Positions 24,707 to 34,617 of a stretch of DNA of 64,000 nt are shown piece after piece. The notes under the pieces were generated by a model. That model did no database searches. It saw only the letters and a list, made by a program, of their open reading frames with translations, and was not told the DNA's origin. The stretch covers positions 2,542 to 66,541 of the forward strand of contig DATFGW010000104.1 in NCBI GenBank assembly GCA_035249045.1, written 5' to 3'. The number at the start of each line of letters is the position of its first letter. Positions within the stretch are counted from its first letter, which is position 1. The position numbers and the translations under genes were made by a program. This DNA comes from Gemmatimonadaceae bacterium (GTDB taxonomy: Bacteria; Gemmatimonadota; Gemmatimonadetes; Gemmatimonadales; Gemmatimonadaceae).

Positions 24707-27289
24707 TCAGAAATTCATCCAGTAGCTCGCCTTCACGAGGAACGTATTGTCCGGTCTCGCCGAGAACAGATCGGTGATGTCCCGCGCCGGCTTGAATGAT
24801 CCCGGATTCCTATCCTCCTGATCGCGTCCCTGCGTCCACACCACGAACACCGTCGAGCCCGGCCGATACTCCCACCGCAGCACCGCGCTGGCGTGCAGCT
24901 CCTTGAGATTGAAGCTCGCGTCATCGGTCGAAATCGGGTACGGACGGTAGCGATCCTCGTAACGTGCCGCGCGGGGTGACGCCAGCTCGCGCACCCTGAA
25001 GTACCGCCCAGTCGTGAGGAAAGGCTCCGCGTAAAGCTGGAGCGAGAGCGCCGTCGTCGCGGTGTAGTTCAACCGACTGGTGAAACTCAATAGCTCCTGG
25101 TCGAGGTGCGCGAAGACATAATGCGTTGTGTCGCTGCCGATCGCGCCGAAGTTTGCGAACCATTGCGCGTCATTGCGATTCCGCTGGTAACGCGTCCCCA
25201 GCTCCCAGCTGAGATTGCTCCGAGTGCGCACCGTAACGTACGGACGAATTCGCCACAGCGTCGACCTGCCCTCGTCGCCGACGGTGTAGATCGCCGCGAA
25301 AGTCGGGACAACCTTGGGACGCGGATCAGCGTTGAGATTGATCAGAATGCTGGCATCCGGCGAGACACGCACCGCAGGCCCGCCCCGCGCGCAGCGGTCG
25401 CAGTAGGCGGTGAGGATGTTGTCGGTCCACGCATCGACCGCCAGTACCATCCGGTTCTTGAACTCGGCGTACAGGTCGAGCTCGCTGAAATTGTAGGCGG
25501 GCATACCGCTCGCAGTAAACTGGTTGTACTGAATCAGCTGCGCGGTCGCGTTGCGCCAGAACGCGCGTGGCGCCCTGCTTTCCAGCGTCGCGTACGCCTG
25601 CGCGATCTGTTGATCCGCCTGGGACAGGAAGCCGATGTCGTTCGTCTCGAACCCAGGCGACAGCCGCTCATAAGATCCCGCGTAGGTAAAGGTGCCTGCT
25701 ACCTTCTCCGCCTTCAGTGATACATCGGTCCCCCCGAGTGATGTTCTCGTCGGATCGTATGGCAGTCCGGCGTCGGGCCGATTGTAGTAGTGAGTCGCGT
25801 TCCGCTGAGTGCGATCGATCGCTTCCGCTGTGCCGCGCACATCACTCGCCGCCAGCGACGCCGATACACTGTACCGTCCCGCGGCGAATCGGTGGCGCGC
25901 GTCCACGCCCGCCGTCACCGCCTGGCGCCGAAGTATGGACGCCGACTGCTCGTCGAGCTGTCGATTCACCACCGTCACCATGGTGCCAATGCCCGATTGG
26001 CCGTCGCGAAAATCCTGCGAGGCACGGAACACCGCGTAGCCAGTCTGTGGCTCGATCGTTGTCGCACCGACCGCCTCGCGCGCGGTGACGGCGAACAAAG
26101 TCCCCAGCGACGTTCCGGTTGCGAGTCGCCCGGTCAGCTTGCCGGCGCCAAGGATCGGGGTCGCCGCTGGAATGTCCGCGCCTGGATCGTCCACGAGCCC
26201 CGCGAGTTGCGGCGCGCGCCCGATTCGACGCGAATAGAACATCCGTGAGGCGTCGCCGTTGAACGCGAAAATTCCCGTGCCTTCCAGAAAGAATGGCCGT
26301 TGCTCGGCGAGAAAAGTCTCGAACGCCGTCAGGTTGAGCTGCGCCGGATCCGCTTCGACCTGACCGAAGTCGGGATTGACCGTCGCATCGAGCGTGAGGT
26401 TCGACGTGACGCCGTACTTGAGATCGCCGCCGACGGTCTGCTTCTGCGCACGCCCGAAAGCGTCGGCACGGGGTGCGCTGACGTTTTTCGTCACGACATA
26501 AGGTGCGATCTCGAGGCGGTGCGGTGAGCCGAGACCGGTGAGGCCCTCAAGATCTCCAAACTGTGACGAGATCCCGCGTTTCGACCGGCGATACACTGGC
26601 CAGCTGTCCCGCTCGCTGACACGGGTGATATCGCGAATGATCATCAGGCCGAAGGTCTGCTGCGCCGCCTTCGGATAACGAATCTGGCTGAGTGGAATGC
26701 GGAACTCTGCGGTCCAGCCGAGCGAATCGATTCTCGTCGCTACGTCCCACACTGCATCCCAGCTGGCATCCTCCTGGGAGTCGTCGTAGGTGTAGTAGTC
26801 GCGCTTCACGCCCGCTGGATTGACCGCGAACTCGTATCCCGTCCGTCGATCGTGGTACGAATCGATCATCAGCTTGATCTGCTCGCTTTGGGTCTTCACA
26901 TCCCGGCGCGAGAGCAGCGACTGAATGCTGTCGGGATGCGGATCGAACATTCTCGCAAACGCGTAGAGATTCTGGGCGTCGTAAGCGATGCGGACTTCGG
27001 TCGGGAAGGTTGGATCGCCGTCCTCCTTGGGGTCGAAGACGCGGAACCCCGTGATCACCTTGGCGTCCCGCCACGCCGCGTCGTCGTCGCGTCCGTCGAT
27101 CACCGGCGGCTGATTCGCGCGGGTCGCGGTCGCTCGAGTCAGTGCGGCGTTGGACGAAGCGGACGAGGTCATGTTGTTGCGCACCGCATTTCCCTGCGCG
27201 GCCGCAGTGGTCGCGACAGCGGAGAAACCGATCGCTAATGCTAGTTTTCTAGCACCAACAACGAAAAAGACGCGATAGCATGCTTGCAT
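24707..27289 (-). CDS. DUF5916 protein: CBM9/DOMON-like N-terminal domain plus probable outer-membrane beta-barrel
   Basis: PVIDGRDDDAAW, GWTAEFRIP, DATVNPDFGQVEADP, EQRPFFLEG, YSRRIG, VLRWEYRPGS, aromatic C-terminus; GAGG RBS and signal-like N-terminus. Confidence 0.8.
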   Translation of the reverse strand: MQACYRVFFVVGARKLALAIGFSAVATTAAAQGNAVRNNMTSSASSNAALTRATATRANQPPVIDGRDDDAAWRDAKVITGFRVFDPKEDGDPTFPTEVRIAYDAQNLYAFARMFDPHPDSIQSLLSRRDVKTQSEQIKLMIDSYHDRRTGYEFAVNPAGVKRDYYTYDDSQEDASWDAVWDVATRIDSLGWTAEFRIPLSQIRYPKAAQQTFGLMIIRDITRVSERDSWPVYRRSKRGISSQFGDLEGLTGLGSPHRLEIAPYVVTKNVSAPRADAFGRAQKQTVGGDLKYGVTSNLTLDATVNPDFGQVEADPAQLNLTAFETFLAEQRPFFLEGTGIFAFNGDASRMFYSRRIGRAPQLAGLVDDPGADIPAATPILGAGKLTGRLATGTSLGTLFAVTAREAVGATTIEPQTGYAVFRASQDFRDGQSGIGTMVTVVNRQLDEQSASILRRQAVTAGVDARHRFAAGRYSVSASLAASDVRGTAEAIDRTQRNATHYYNRPDAGLPYDPTRTSLGGTDVSLKAEKVAGTFTYAGSYERLSPGFETNDIGFLSQADQQIAQAYATLESRAPRAFWRNATAQLIQYNQFTASGMPAYNFSELDLYAEFKNRMVLAVDAWTDNILTAYCDRCARGGPAVRVSPDASILINLNADPRPKVVPTFAAIYTVGDEGRSTLWRIRPYVTVRTRSNLSWELGTRYQRNRNDAQWFANFGAIGSDTTHYVFAHLDQELLSFTSRLNYTATTALSLQLYAEPFLTTGRYFRVRELASPRAARYEDRYRPYPISTDDASFNLKELHASAVLRWEYRPGSTVFVVWTQGRDQEDRNPGSFKPARDITDLFSARPDNTFLVKASYWMNF
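27239..27254. promoter_or_regulatory. Palindromic 16-bp candidate BlaI-family operator inside the DUF5916 5' coding region
   Basis: TGCTAG-TTTT-CTAGCA; its reverse complement TGCTAGAAAACTAGCA matches the first blaI promoter box at 14/16. Confidence 0.55.
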
Positions 27290-27368
27290 TGATCCTCTGT
27301 TCGCCGCCCGGCGGCGCTGTTAATGGTCGTTCGCGCGACCGGCCGTTTCGGCCGGCCGACTCTGTCAG

Positions 27369-29975
27369 TTACAGCTTTGCCGCCGCAGCCAGAACATTGG
27401 CGCGGTCCGCTTCGCTTGGGAGCGCCATCGCTGCCTTGGAGAATGCGTCGCGGAGATCCGAATTCGTCAGCAGCTTCGCCGCGGCAATCGAGATCAGAAC
27501 GTTGGCGCGGTCCGCGCTCGATTGCATCGTCATGGTGCGCTCGATGGCCGCCATGGTTGCCCGGGGCGACTCGGGCGTGAGCGCGCGCTGCGAGACGAGA
27601 GAGAGCAGCACATTGGCGGCGTCCCCACTCGACCTGAGTCGGGCCGCGCCGTCGACGATATCGTACACGATGTTGGGATCTGCGTGGGCGTATGGAACCG
27701 AGGCCATCAGCACGTTCGCCATGTCGCCGCTCGACTGCAGTGTCGCCGTGGTCCTGAAGAATGCGGTACGTAGCTCGGAGTTGCGCGGTGTCAGGTACTC
27801 CGCCTCCGTGGCAAGCAGGAAGTTCGCCTTATCGCCACTCGACGGAAGACCATCCGCCGCTTTGGCAAGCACGAGAAGCATGTCGGGGTCTGCGTTCGGC
27901 GCGAGAAACTCGAGGGTACTAGCCCTGTCGCCACTGGATTGAATCTGATTCAGCGCACCGGCAACTGCAGTCCGAACCCGCGGGCTTTGCACGGCGCTTC
28001 TGGGAAGCATCTTCATTACGGCGCTCAGATCCCCAGAGCTGGTCAGGTCGCGACCGACTTGTTCAGCAACGCGCTGGGCGTCCGCGTCACTCAGCTTTGG
28101 CCCGCGCTTGATCAACTCCTCGTAGTGCACGCGCTTCGCCCAGCCGCTATGGATTTCGGAGATCTCCTGGAGCACGGCTGGCACCCCACCCTGCGCCCGC
28201 AGGCGCGCAACACGCTCCGGGACATTTATGCCGAGCTCGCGCAGTACGCGCGGGATCACGCCGGAGAGCCACTGAGCCATGTTCTGGTCAAACGCTACCG
28301 GACGACCGTTCAAGGTTGCGGTATAGCTGAGTGAGCCATCGCCCTGCGGAACGACCGATACGGCGCGATCCGCCGTCGTGGTCTGCTCGCGGAACCGCAC
28401 AAAGCTACCCGGAGACAGCTGTGTGATCCGCGTCTCGTCGGGAGAGAAAACGGCTTTGCCAATCAGCGCGGCCTCAGTGCAGCGGCCTGGCTCGCTGACG
28501 AGAAAGTCGTACCTGTCGCCGTTCTCATCGGTCTGAGCGTTGATGTGCGACGAGGTCCCCTTCAGAACTGTTCCGACAGGGTACGCTTCGCACGACCAGC
28601 GCGGCTTCGCCGCGGTGGCGCTGAACGCGGACGATACCTGCTTCGCGGTCTGCACCGTAGCCGCTGATGTAGTCTGAGCAGCCGCCGCTGGTGACGCCGC
28701 CGCAGAGCCCGGTGACTGCGAAGCATCGTGGATCGTGACCTTGAACGATTCCGGGAATTCGTCGGTTGCCTTTGTGGGTGCCTGATAAGGTCTCAGCGCT
28801 GCCAGCGGCAGCGCCAGAACGACGAGGGCGATTGCAGTCATGAAAGTTCCTCTCGGATGCAGAGTGTGCCGATCCTGGCGCGGGTCGAGAATGGCGAGCA
28901 TGCGGCCCTCGAACTCCGAGCGCCGCGCCATCGCCAGAGCGGCGAACGCCGGCGCCGCGCGATCACGCGTCGGGGTGCCGATCGAGCGCACCATCTCCAG
29001 CAGCTCGCCGGCGTAGAGCGATGGCGTCGTGCCATCGCGCAGCACGTAGTCATCGCAGGCGTGCTCGCGCTCGACGCGCATGCGGTGCGCGGCAATCCAC
29101 ACCAGCGGATCGAACCAGAACATCGCCACGGCGAGCTGCGCCACCAATTGAGTGAGCGCATCGAAGCGCTTCACGTGCGACATCTCGTGCACCAGAACGA
29201 AGCGACGCCGTTCCTCCGGCCATTCGTCCGCATCCTCGGGGAGCAACACAGCTGGATAGACAATCCCCCACGTCACAGGAACGGCGAGACGCTCGCCGCG
29301 CAGCAGCGTCAGTGGTCGAGTCACACCGAGCGTGTTGGCGAGCCGCTGCGTCAGCGACAGCCATCTGCCGTCCTCGACCCTTGCGCCCTCGCGTGCGAGC
29401 TGGTTGACGCGCCAGGTTCCGGCCGCGAGTCGAAGCAGGACCAGCATCGCTCCGATGAGCCAGAGTGCGGCGACGATTGCGATCGTGGGCGCTCTACCGC
29501 GATTCGCGGCGGCCGGATCAACCGGAACAATGTCCATCTTCGATGTGCCTGCCGCTTCGCGGGGCGTCGCCGCCGGCGCCGTGTTATCGCCGAGGGCGCT
29601 CCTCGAGCCGCCATCCCGCGCGGCACTCTTGATGGCCGGCGCAGCGAGACCCGAAGCATCACCGCCAACCGCTGGCGGTGCAGAGATCGCGGCCGCCGTA
29701 GCCGGCGCGACACCCTCAACTGACGCAGACCACGGCAAAGCTGGGAGGCCGACGATTCTCCACGCCGGAAGCACGACGATCAGCACCGGAATCGCGAGGT
29801 GTCCGATGACAGCAGCAGTCCACACCGCATGCCTCGACGCCGCCGAGCGCTTGCGCAACACGTACGTAGCCGCTGCGGCGAGCGCGACGAGCACCGCGCC
29901 TTTGACCGCGGCGTCCAACAGAACAGGGATCGCCGACTGGAAGCCGGCCGCGGCGGAGATGAACCGGGAGATCAT
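27369..29975 (-). CDS. BlaR1/MecR1-type M56 metallopeptidase with a C-terminal helical-repeat domain
   Basis: SAASRHAVW, HEMSH (HEXXH), WFDPLVW, EREHACDD; seven SSGD-like repeats at the C-terminus. Confidence 0.88.
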   Translation of the reverse strand: MISRFISAAAGFQSAIPVLLDAAVKGAVLVALAAAATYVLRKRSAASRHAVWTAAVIGHLAIPVLIVVLPAWRIVGLPALPWSASVEGVAPATAAAISAPPAVGGDASGLAAPAIKSAARDGGSRSALGDNTAPAATPREAAGTSKMDIVPVDPAAANRGRAPTIAIVAALWLIGAMLVLLRLAAGTWRVNQLAREGARVEDGRWLSLTQRLANTLGVTRPLTLLRGERLAVPVTWGIVYPAVLLPEDADEWPEERRRFVLVHEMSHVKRFDALTQLVAQLAVAMFWFDPLVWIAAHRMRVEREHACDDYVLRDGTTPSLYAGELLEMVRSIGTPTRDRAAPAFAALAMARRSEFEGRMLAILDPRQDRHTLHPRGTFMTAIALVVLALPLAALRPYQAPTKATDEFPESFKVTIHDASQSPGSAAASPAAAAQTTSAATVQTAKQVSSAFSATAAKPRWSCEAYPVGTVLKGTSSHINAQTDENGDRYDFLVSEPGRCTEAALIGKAVFSPDETRITQLSPGSFVRFREQTTTADRAVSVVPQGDGSLSYTATLNGRPVAFDQNMAQWLSGVIPRVLRELGINVPERVARLRAQGGVPAVLQEISEIHSGWAKRVHYEELIKRGPKLSDADAQRVAEQVGRDLTSSGDLSAVMKMLPRSAVQSPRVRTAVAGALNQIQSSGDRASTLEFLAPNADPDMLLVLAKAADGLPSSGDKANFLLATEAEYLTPRNSELRTAFFRTTATLQSSGDMANVLMASVPYAHADPNIVYDIVDGAARLRSSGDAANVLLSLVSQRALTPESPRATMAAIERTMTMQSSADRANVLISIAAAKLLTNSDLRDAFSKAAMALPSEADRANVLAAAAKL

Positions 29976-30367
29976 TAGCGTCCCTCCTTTTTGGCCTGGT
30001 CGACCAGCTTCGCGACGCGCTCCAGTTCGGCGCCGCTCAATTTGGGCCCTTTGATCTCGAGCAGAGCGGCGACCGCCTGCTCCGCTGAGTTGTCGAAGAA
30101 GGTGCGGAGCACGTGAGTCAGCGCGGAGCGGCGCGCGGCTTCCCGTCTGAGCGTCGGCCGGTAAACGTACGCGCGGCCATCCTCCTCATGGATTACGCGT
30201 CCCTTCTGCTCGAGGGTTCGGAGCGTCGCGCGGACGGCGGAGTACCCGGGCGGATTCGGAATGCCGGCCAGAACCTCTCCGACGGATGCTTTCCCGCGCT
30301 GAAAGAGGAAGTCCATGATCTGCCGCTCGCGGCGGCTCAATCCAGTCAGTTCTTCGTCGTACGGCAT
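29975..30367 (-). CDS. BlaI/MecI/CopY family transcriptional repressor
   Basis: LSRRERQIMDFL, YSAVRATLRTLEQKG, DGRAYVYRP, TFFDNS. Confidence 0.9.
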   Translation of the reverse strand: MPYDEELTGLSRRERQIMDFLFQRGKASVGEVLAGIPNPPGYSAVRATLRTLEQKGRVIHEEDGRAYVYRPTLRREAARRSALTHVLRTFFDNSAEQAVAALLEIKGPKLSGAELERVAKLVDQAKKEGR

Positions 30368-30392
30368 CGGTCAGCAGTTGAGGTTGGCGAAC

Positions 30393-30427
30393 TGCTGCAA
30401 AACTAGCACATGCTGGAAAAATAGCAA
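30393..30427 (-). promoter_or_regulatory. blaI-like promoter with two tandem 16-bp operator boxes
   Basis: TGCTGCAAAACTAGCA (30393-30408) and TGCTGGAAAAATAGCA (30411-30426) overlap a minus-strand TTGCTA-N16-TAGTTT promoter. Confidence 0.7.
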
Positions 30428-30551
30428 TAGCGGCTTTTTTGGCGCGAAACGCAGTTGGCTTGGGTAAATGGCGGAGCGATACGTCCCACGGTCGTAACCT
30501 GGAGCCACGCGCCTGATCCCAGACGCCTCCCGCCCGTTCAGTTGCAGTTAG

Positions 30552-31400
30552 TTACCGCGGCCCATCTCCGTCCTTAGCGGCCGCGGCGAGCGCAGCCGCC
30601 CGCTCGCGCTCCTTTCGCTCCCGGATGCTCCGCACCGCCTTCATGAAATCAGCATCGTTGATCGCCTGCTGGGCGTGCCAGGTGATGTCGCGACTCATCG
30701 CGGCGGACGCGCGGTCACGCTCGAGGGTGGTGGGATTGCCCTGCAGGTTGAGCGGCAGCATGGCCAAGAGCGCCGTGGGAATCGAGACGGGTCCGAGTCT
30801 GATCGCGCGCTTGTCGATGCCCCACTTGTAGCCGCCCTTCTCCACCGTCCAGTCGGTCGGGTCACGCCGCTGCGCCAGCGCCGCGATTGAATCGTTGTAG
30901 GGCGCGATTCCCTCGGCGATCAGACTGTCAATAGTTTGGGCGACCGTCTTCGGAGTCGCAGCGATGCCGGCGGGAGGGGTCCACAGCCTGCCATCCGAAT
31001 AGGCGGGTCGCACTCCGCGCGACGGCCCGCCGCCGCCAACCAGCGGACCCGAACCCTCGTCTTGCGTCGGCTTCGCCGTGGTCGGAGCCGGCGCCGGAAT
31101 CGAATTGGGAATCACAGTAGGAGCGACGACGTGAACTTCGCGCGACCTAACCGGCCTCCCGTCGCCTCCAGCTTTGCCAGCCGTCGGCTTTTCGCCAGGC
31201 GCGGCCAACCTCACGTATCCCACCCGCTCCTGCGCCGTAGTCTGACGCTTCGGCGAGCTGGAAAAATTCGCGTTCAAAATGAGCATGCGCATTAGCGCCA
31301 CCGCCACCACGAGGTGCACGCCGACCGACACGAGGAAGGAAGCCGATGGCTTCTTCCTCGTGCCTTCCGGCGACGACGTCGTGACGCGGCTGAAAATCAT
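30552..31400 (-). CDS. Hypothetical membrane-anchored protein with a Pro-rich linker
   Basis: N-terminal TM (SVGVHLVV, resembling a TonB-type SxxxH anchor) and a Pro/Ala-rich segment. Confidence 0.7.
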   Translation of the reverse strand: MIFSRVTTSSPEGTRKKPSASFLVSVGVHLVVAVALMRMLILNANFSSSPKRQTTAQERVGYVRLAAPGEKPTAGKAGGDGRPVRSREVHVVAPTVIPNSIPAPAPTTAKPTQDEGSGPLVGGGGPSRGVRPAYSDGRLWTPPAGIAATPKTVAQTIDSLIAEGIAPYNDSIAALAQRRDPTDWTVEKGGYKWGIDKRAIRLGPVSIPTALLAMLPLNLQGNPTTLERDRASAAMSRDITWHAQQAINDADFMKAVRSIRERKERERAAALAAAAKDGDGPR

Positions 31401-32639
31401 TTAGGCGCGCGCCATCCCCTGCCGATCTTCCTGTCGCGACGCACTGCGCGTCTCGGCGCCTGACTGGGCCTGGAGCCGCTTCAGCACTTTCCCGGCGCGC
31501 CCTGCCGCTTCACGCAGCCGCTCGGGAGACGTGATGAACGAGACGCGGAAGAATCCTTCCCCACCCGGACCGAACAGCGATCCGGGCAGCACGACTACGC
31601 CTTCGTCCTGAAGAAGTCGCTCACCAAACACGGCGCTGGGAATGTTTTTCGGAAGTGGGCACCAGAGATACATGGTCGCTTTTGGTCTGACGCACGGGAA
31701 TCCGGCTTCGCAAAACGCATCGACCGCGGCATCACGGCGCCGCTTGAACTCGGCGACGTTCGTCGGAATCCAATCGGCGCATTCATCGAGCGCCGTCGCC
31801 GCTGCTGCCTGAATCGCCAAGAACGTCCCCGTGTCGATGAATGATTTGACCTTCCCCAGCGCCCCAACGAACTCGGCCTTCCCGCACGCCCAGCCACAAC
31901 GCCACCCGGTCATGTTGTAGGTCTTCGACATCGAGTGGAACTCGATCGCCACATCGCGCGCGCCCGGAATCTCGAAGATGCTGGGCGGCACGTACCCGTC
32001 ATAGGCCAGCTCGGAGTAGGCATTGTCATACACCAGCAGAATATCGAGTTCCTTGCAACGCCGGACCATCTTCTCGAGGTACTCCTTGGGCGCGATTGCA
32101 GAGGTCGGATTATTCGGATAATTCAGATACAGAATCTTCGACTTCTTCAGCACGTCCGACGGGATCTCGTCGAGGTCGATCAGGAATCCGTTCTCCGGAC
32201 GCAGCGCATACTTGTACGGTGTCGCCTCGGCCAGCAGAGTGCCGCCGAGATAGGAGTTGTAGCCCGGCTCCGGCACGATCGTGTAATCGCCCTTCGCGGC
32301 GTAGGCGAACGCAAGGTGCGAGATGCCTTCCTTGGATCCGATCAAGGGAATGACTTCGGTCATCGGATTGAAGTCCTGCCCGAAGCGCCGTTTCATGAAC
32401 CGCGAGACGGCTTCCCGAAATTCCACCAGCCCAAGCGCAAATCCATAGCGACTCATGGTTGGAATACGCACGGCTTCGGTGATGCGCTCGATCACCTTCG
32501 GCGGCGGCGATAGATCAGCATCGCCAGCTCCGAGGTCGATGACGTCCATGCCGCGAGCGATGAGCTCGCGCTTGAGACCGGGAATTCTGGCGAGTGGGTA
32601 TTCGGGGAGGCTGAGGAGGCGATCGGTCAATGCGGGCAC
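31401..32639 (-). CDS. PLP-dependent aminotransferase class I/II (LL-DAP aminotransferase-like)
   Basis: GSKEGI, LNYPNNPT, YDNAYSE, EFHSMSKTYNMTGWRCG. Confidence 0.88.
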   Translation of the reverse strand: MPALTDRLLSLPEYPLARIPGLKRELIARGMDVIDLGAGDADLSPPPKVIERITEAVRIPTMSRYGFALGLVEFREAVSRFMKRRFGQDFNPMTEVIPLIGSKEGISHLAFAYAAKGDYTIVPEPGYNSYLGGTLLAEATPYKYALRPENGFLIDLDEIPSDVLKKSKILYLNYPNNPTSAIAPKEYLEKMVRRCKELDILLVYDNAYSELAYDGYVPPSIFEIPGARDVAIEFHSMSKTYNMTGWRCGWACGKAEFVGALGKVKSFIDTGTFLAIQAAAATALDECADWIPTNVAEFKRRRDAAVDAFCEAGFPCVRPKATMYLWCPLPKNIPSAVFGERLLQDEGVVVLPGSLFGPGGEGFFRVSFITSPERLREAAGRAGKVLKRLQAQSGAETRSASRQEDRQGMARA

Positions 32640-33265
32640 TATCGGCTCTCTTGAACAGGGTTAGTCACGCGACTGATGCCTTCGATCTCGACTTCGACGA
32701 CGTCGCCGGAGACCAGCGGCCCAACGCCTGCCGGCGTTCCGGTCGCAACGAGGTCCCCTGGCTCCAGTGTCATGATGCGCGAGATGTAGGCGAGGAGGGA
32801 TGGGATCGAGAAGACCATCTCGCTGCTTTTCCCCCGCTGTCGCTCGACGCCGTTCACCTTGGTGACGACGGTGAGATTGTCGAGGTCCGGAAGCTCTGAT
32901 GACTCCTCTCCCAGAGGACAAAAGGTATCAAATCCCTTGGCTCTGGTCCACTGTCCGTCGGATTTTTGCAGGTCTCGCGCTGTCACGTCGTTGACAGCCA
33001 CAACGCCCCTGATGCCGCGCGCCGCGTCATCTTCGGATGCATGAGTCAGGATCTTCCCTACCACCACTCCTATTTCCCCTTCATGCTCCACGCGCGTCGA
33101 CGCCGCGGGCAGAACAATCTTCTCACCGTCCCACACCACGCTCGACGGCGGCTTTAGGAAGATCAACGGCTCTTTGGGTACCTCGTTGCCGAGTTCTTTC
33201 GCGTGCTCCCGGTAGTTGCGACCGACGCAAACGATCTTTCCAGGCCGATTTGTAAAGGCGGGCAT
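32639..33265 (-). CDS. Fumarylacetoacetate hydrolase family protein
   Basis: KIVCVGRNY, FLKP, HEGE, NDVTARDLQ, KGFDTF, TGTPAGVG. Confidence 0.9.
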   Translation of the reverse strand: MPAFTNRPGKIVCVGRNYREHAKELGNEVPKEPLIFLKPPSSVVWDGEKIVLPAASTRVEHEGEIGVVVGKILTHASEDDAARGIRGVVAVNDVTARDLQKSDGQWTRAKGFDTFCPLGEESSELPDLDNLTVVTKVNGVERQRGKSSEMVFSIPSLLAYISRIMTLEPGDLVATGTPAGVGPLVSGDVVEVEIEGISRVTNPVQESR

Positions 33266-33315
33266 CTCAGTTGGTCACCATTGCTTTGAGTGAAGTTGCC
33301 GAAACGGACGAAGCA

Positions 33316-34176
33316 TCACGATTCCTTCTGGTGGGCGATTCGATAAGCAACGTTTCGCGGGGCGCGCAGATCGGAAACCAGGTACTCCATTACTTCTCGC
33401 GCGGAGTTGCCGGCGGCGCGAAGAGTCGCCGCCGCGGCGGTCAGCTCGCCTTCAGTCACTTGAGCTCGATCAGCGCCACCCCCCGCGACGAGGATCACCA
33501 CTTCTCCTCTGGGATCAGCCTTCCTGTAAACGTCAGCCAGCTCGGCGACGCTGCCGCGCCTGAACTCCTCGAACTGCTTGGTGAGCTCTCGCGCGACCAC
33601 TGCGCGCCGCTCTCTCGCGCCTGCGCCGGAGATCTCCTCCAGCGTGTCCGCGACCCGGCCCGGTGCCTCGTACAGCACGGCGGTGACGGCGGATCCCGCA
33701 ATCTCGGCAATCGCTTCCTTCCGTGCTTTCCCTTTCCGCGGCAGAAATCCGAAGAACGCAAAGCGGTCGAGCGGGAGACCGGCTCCGACCAATGCTGCCA
33801 TCACCGCTGACGCGCCGGGGATCGGCACGACCTTCACACCGTGGGCAAGCGCGGCATCGACCAGTCGCGCTCCCGGATCCGAGACCAACGGGGTACCGGC
33901 ATCCGATATGAGCGCGATCGAATCGCCCTTGAGCAAACGGTCGATGAGGTTGGGCGTCTCCTTCGCTTCGTTGTGCTCGTGGTAGGACCGCAGCGGTGTC
34001 GCGATTCCGTAGTGGTCCAGCAATCGCCGCGAATGGCGGGTGTCCTCCGCAATGACAAGCGCGGTCGAGGAAAGAACCTCGACCGCGCGATACGTCATGT
34101 CTCCCAGGTTGCCAATGGGGGTGCTCACCAGAAACAGCGTTCCGGCGCCCTGTGTCCCCGCTGGGGCGGAGCTCAC
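33316..34176 (-). CDS. rsmI: 16S rRNA (cytidine1402-2'-O)-methyltransferase
   Basis: TPIGNLGD, AEDTR, SDAGTP..SDPG, PIPGASA, RELTK.FEE. Confidence 0.93.
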   Translation of the reverse strand: MSSAPAGTQGAGTLFLVSTPIGNLGDMTYRAVEVLSSTALVIAEDTRHSRRLLDHYGIATPLRSYHEHNEAKETPNLIDRLLKGDSIALISDAGTPLVSDPGARLVDAALAHGVKVVPIPGASAVMAALVGAGLPLDRFAFFGFLPRKGKARKEAIAEIAGSAVTAVLYEAPGRVADTLEEISGAGARERRAVVARELTKQFEEFRRGSVAELADVYRKADPRGEVVILVAGGGADRAQVTEGELTAAAATLRAAGNSAREVMEYLVSDLRAPRNVAYRIAHQKES

Positions 34177-34197
34177 TGCGTTGGCGTGTGAGCCCTC

Positions 34198-34533
34198 TTA
34201 CGCAGCCGCGTCGGCGTGCTGCTTGAACTTCTCGGCGAGGGCCGGCTTGCCGACGAAGCCGATCACCTGGTCGACGAGCTTGCCGTCCTTGAAGAAAAGA
34301 ATCGCGGGGATCGACCGCACGTTGAACTTGGTCGATGTCTTGATGTTCACGTCGACATCGACCTTCGCCACTTTCGCCTTGCCCTGATACTCGACCGCCA
34401 GCTGATCGAGCACCGGCGCGACCATCCGGCACGGTGCGCACCAGGTCGCCCAGAAATCCACCACGGCGAGCCCCTTGTGCTGCTCGATCTGCGTCTCGAA
34501 ATCGGAGTCGTTTACTTCGACTGCATTGGACAT
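34198..34533 (-). CDS. trxA: Thioredoxin
   Basis: VDFWATWCAPCRM active site. Confidence 0.92.
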   Translation of the reverse strand: MSNAVEVNDSDFETQIEQHKGLAVVDFWATWCAPCRMVAPVLDQLAVEYQGKAKVAKVDVDVNIKTSTKFNVRSIPAILFFKDGKLVDQVIGFVGKPALAEKFKQHADAAA

Positions 34534-34617
34534 TTTTTGCCTCCAGACCGCGGGACACGCCAGCGGGCTTCGTCGGTTAGTTTACTGCGGGGACGTTGCC
34601 CCTCATCGATAAACTTA

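Noticed and set aside
27369-30367. Beta-lactam resistance locus
   Set aside because: No penicillin-binding sensor domain and no adjacent beta-lactamase or PBP gene.
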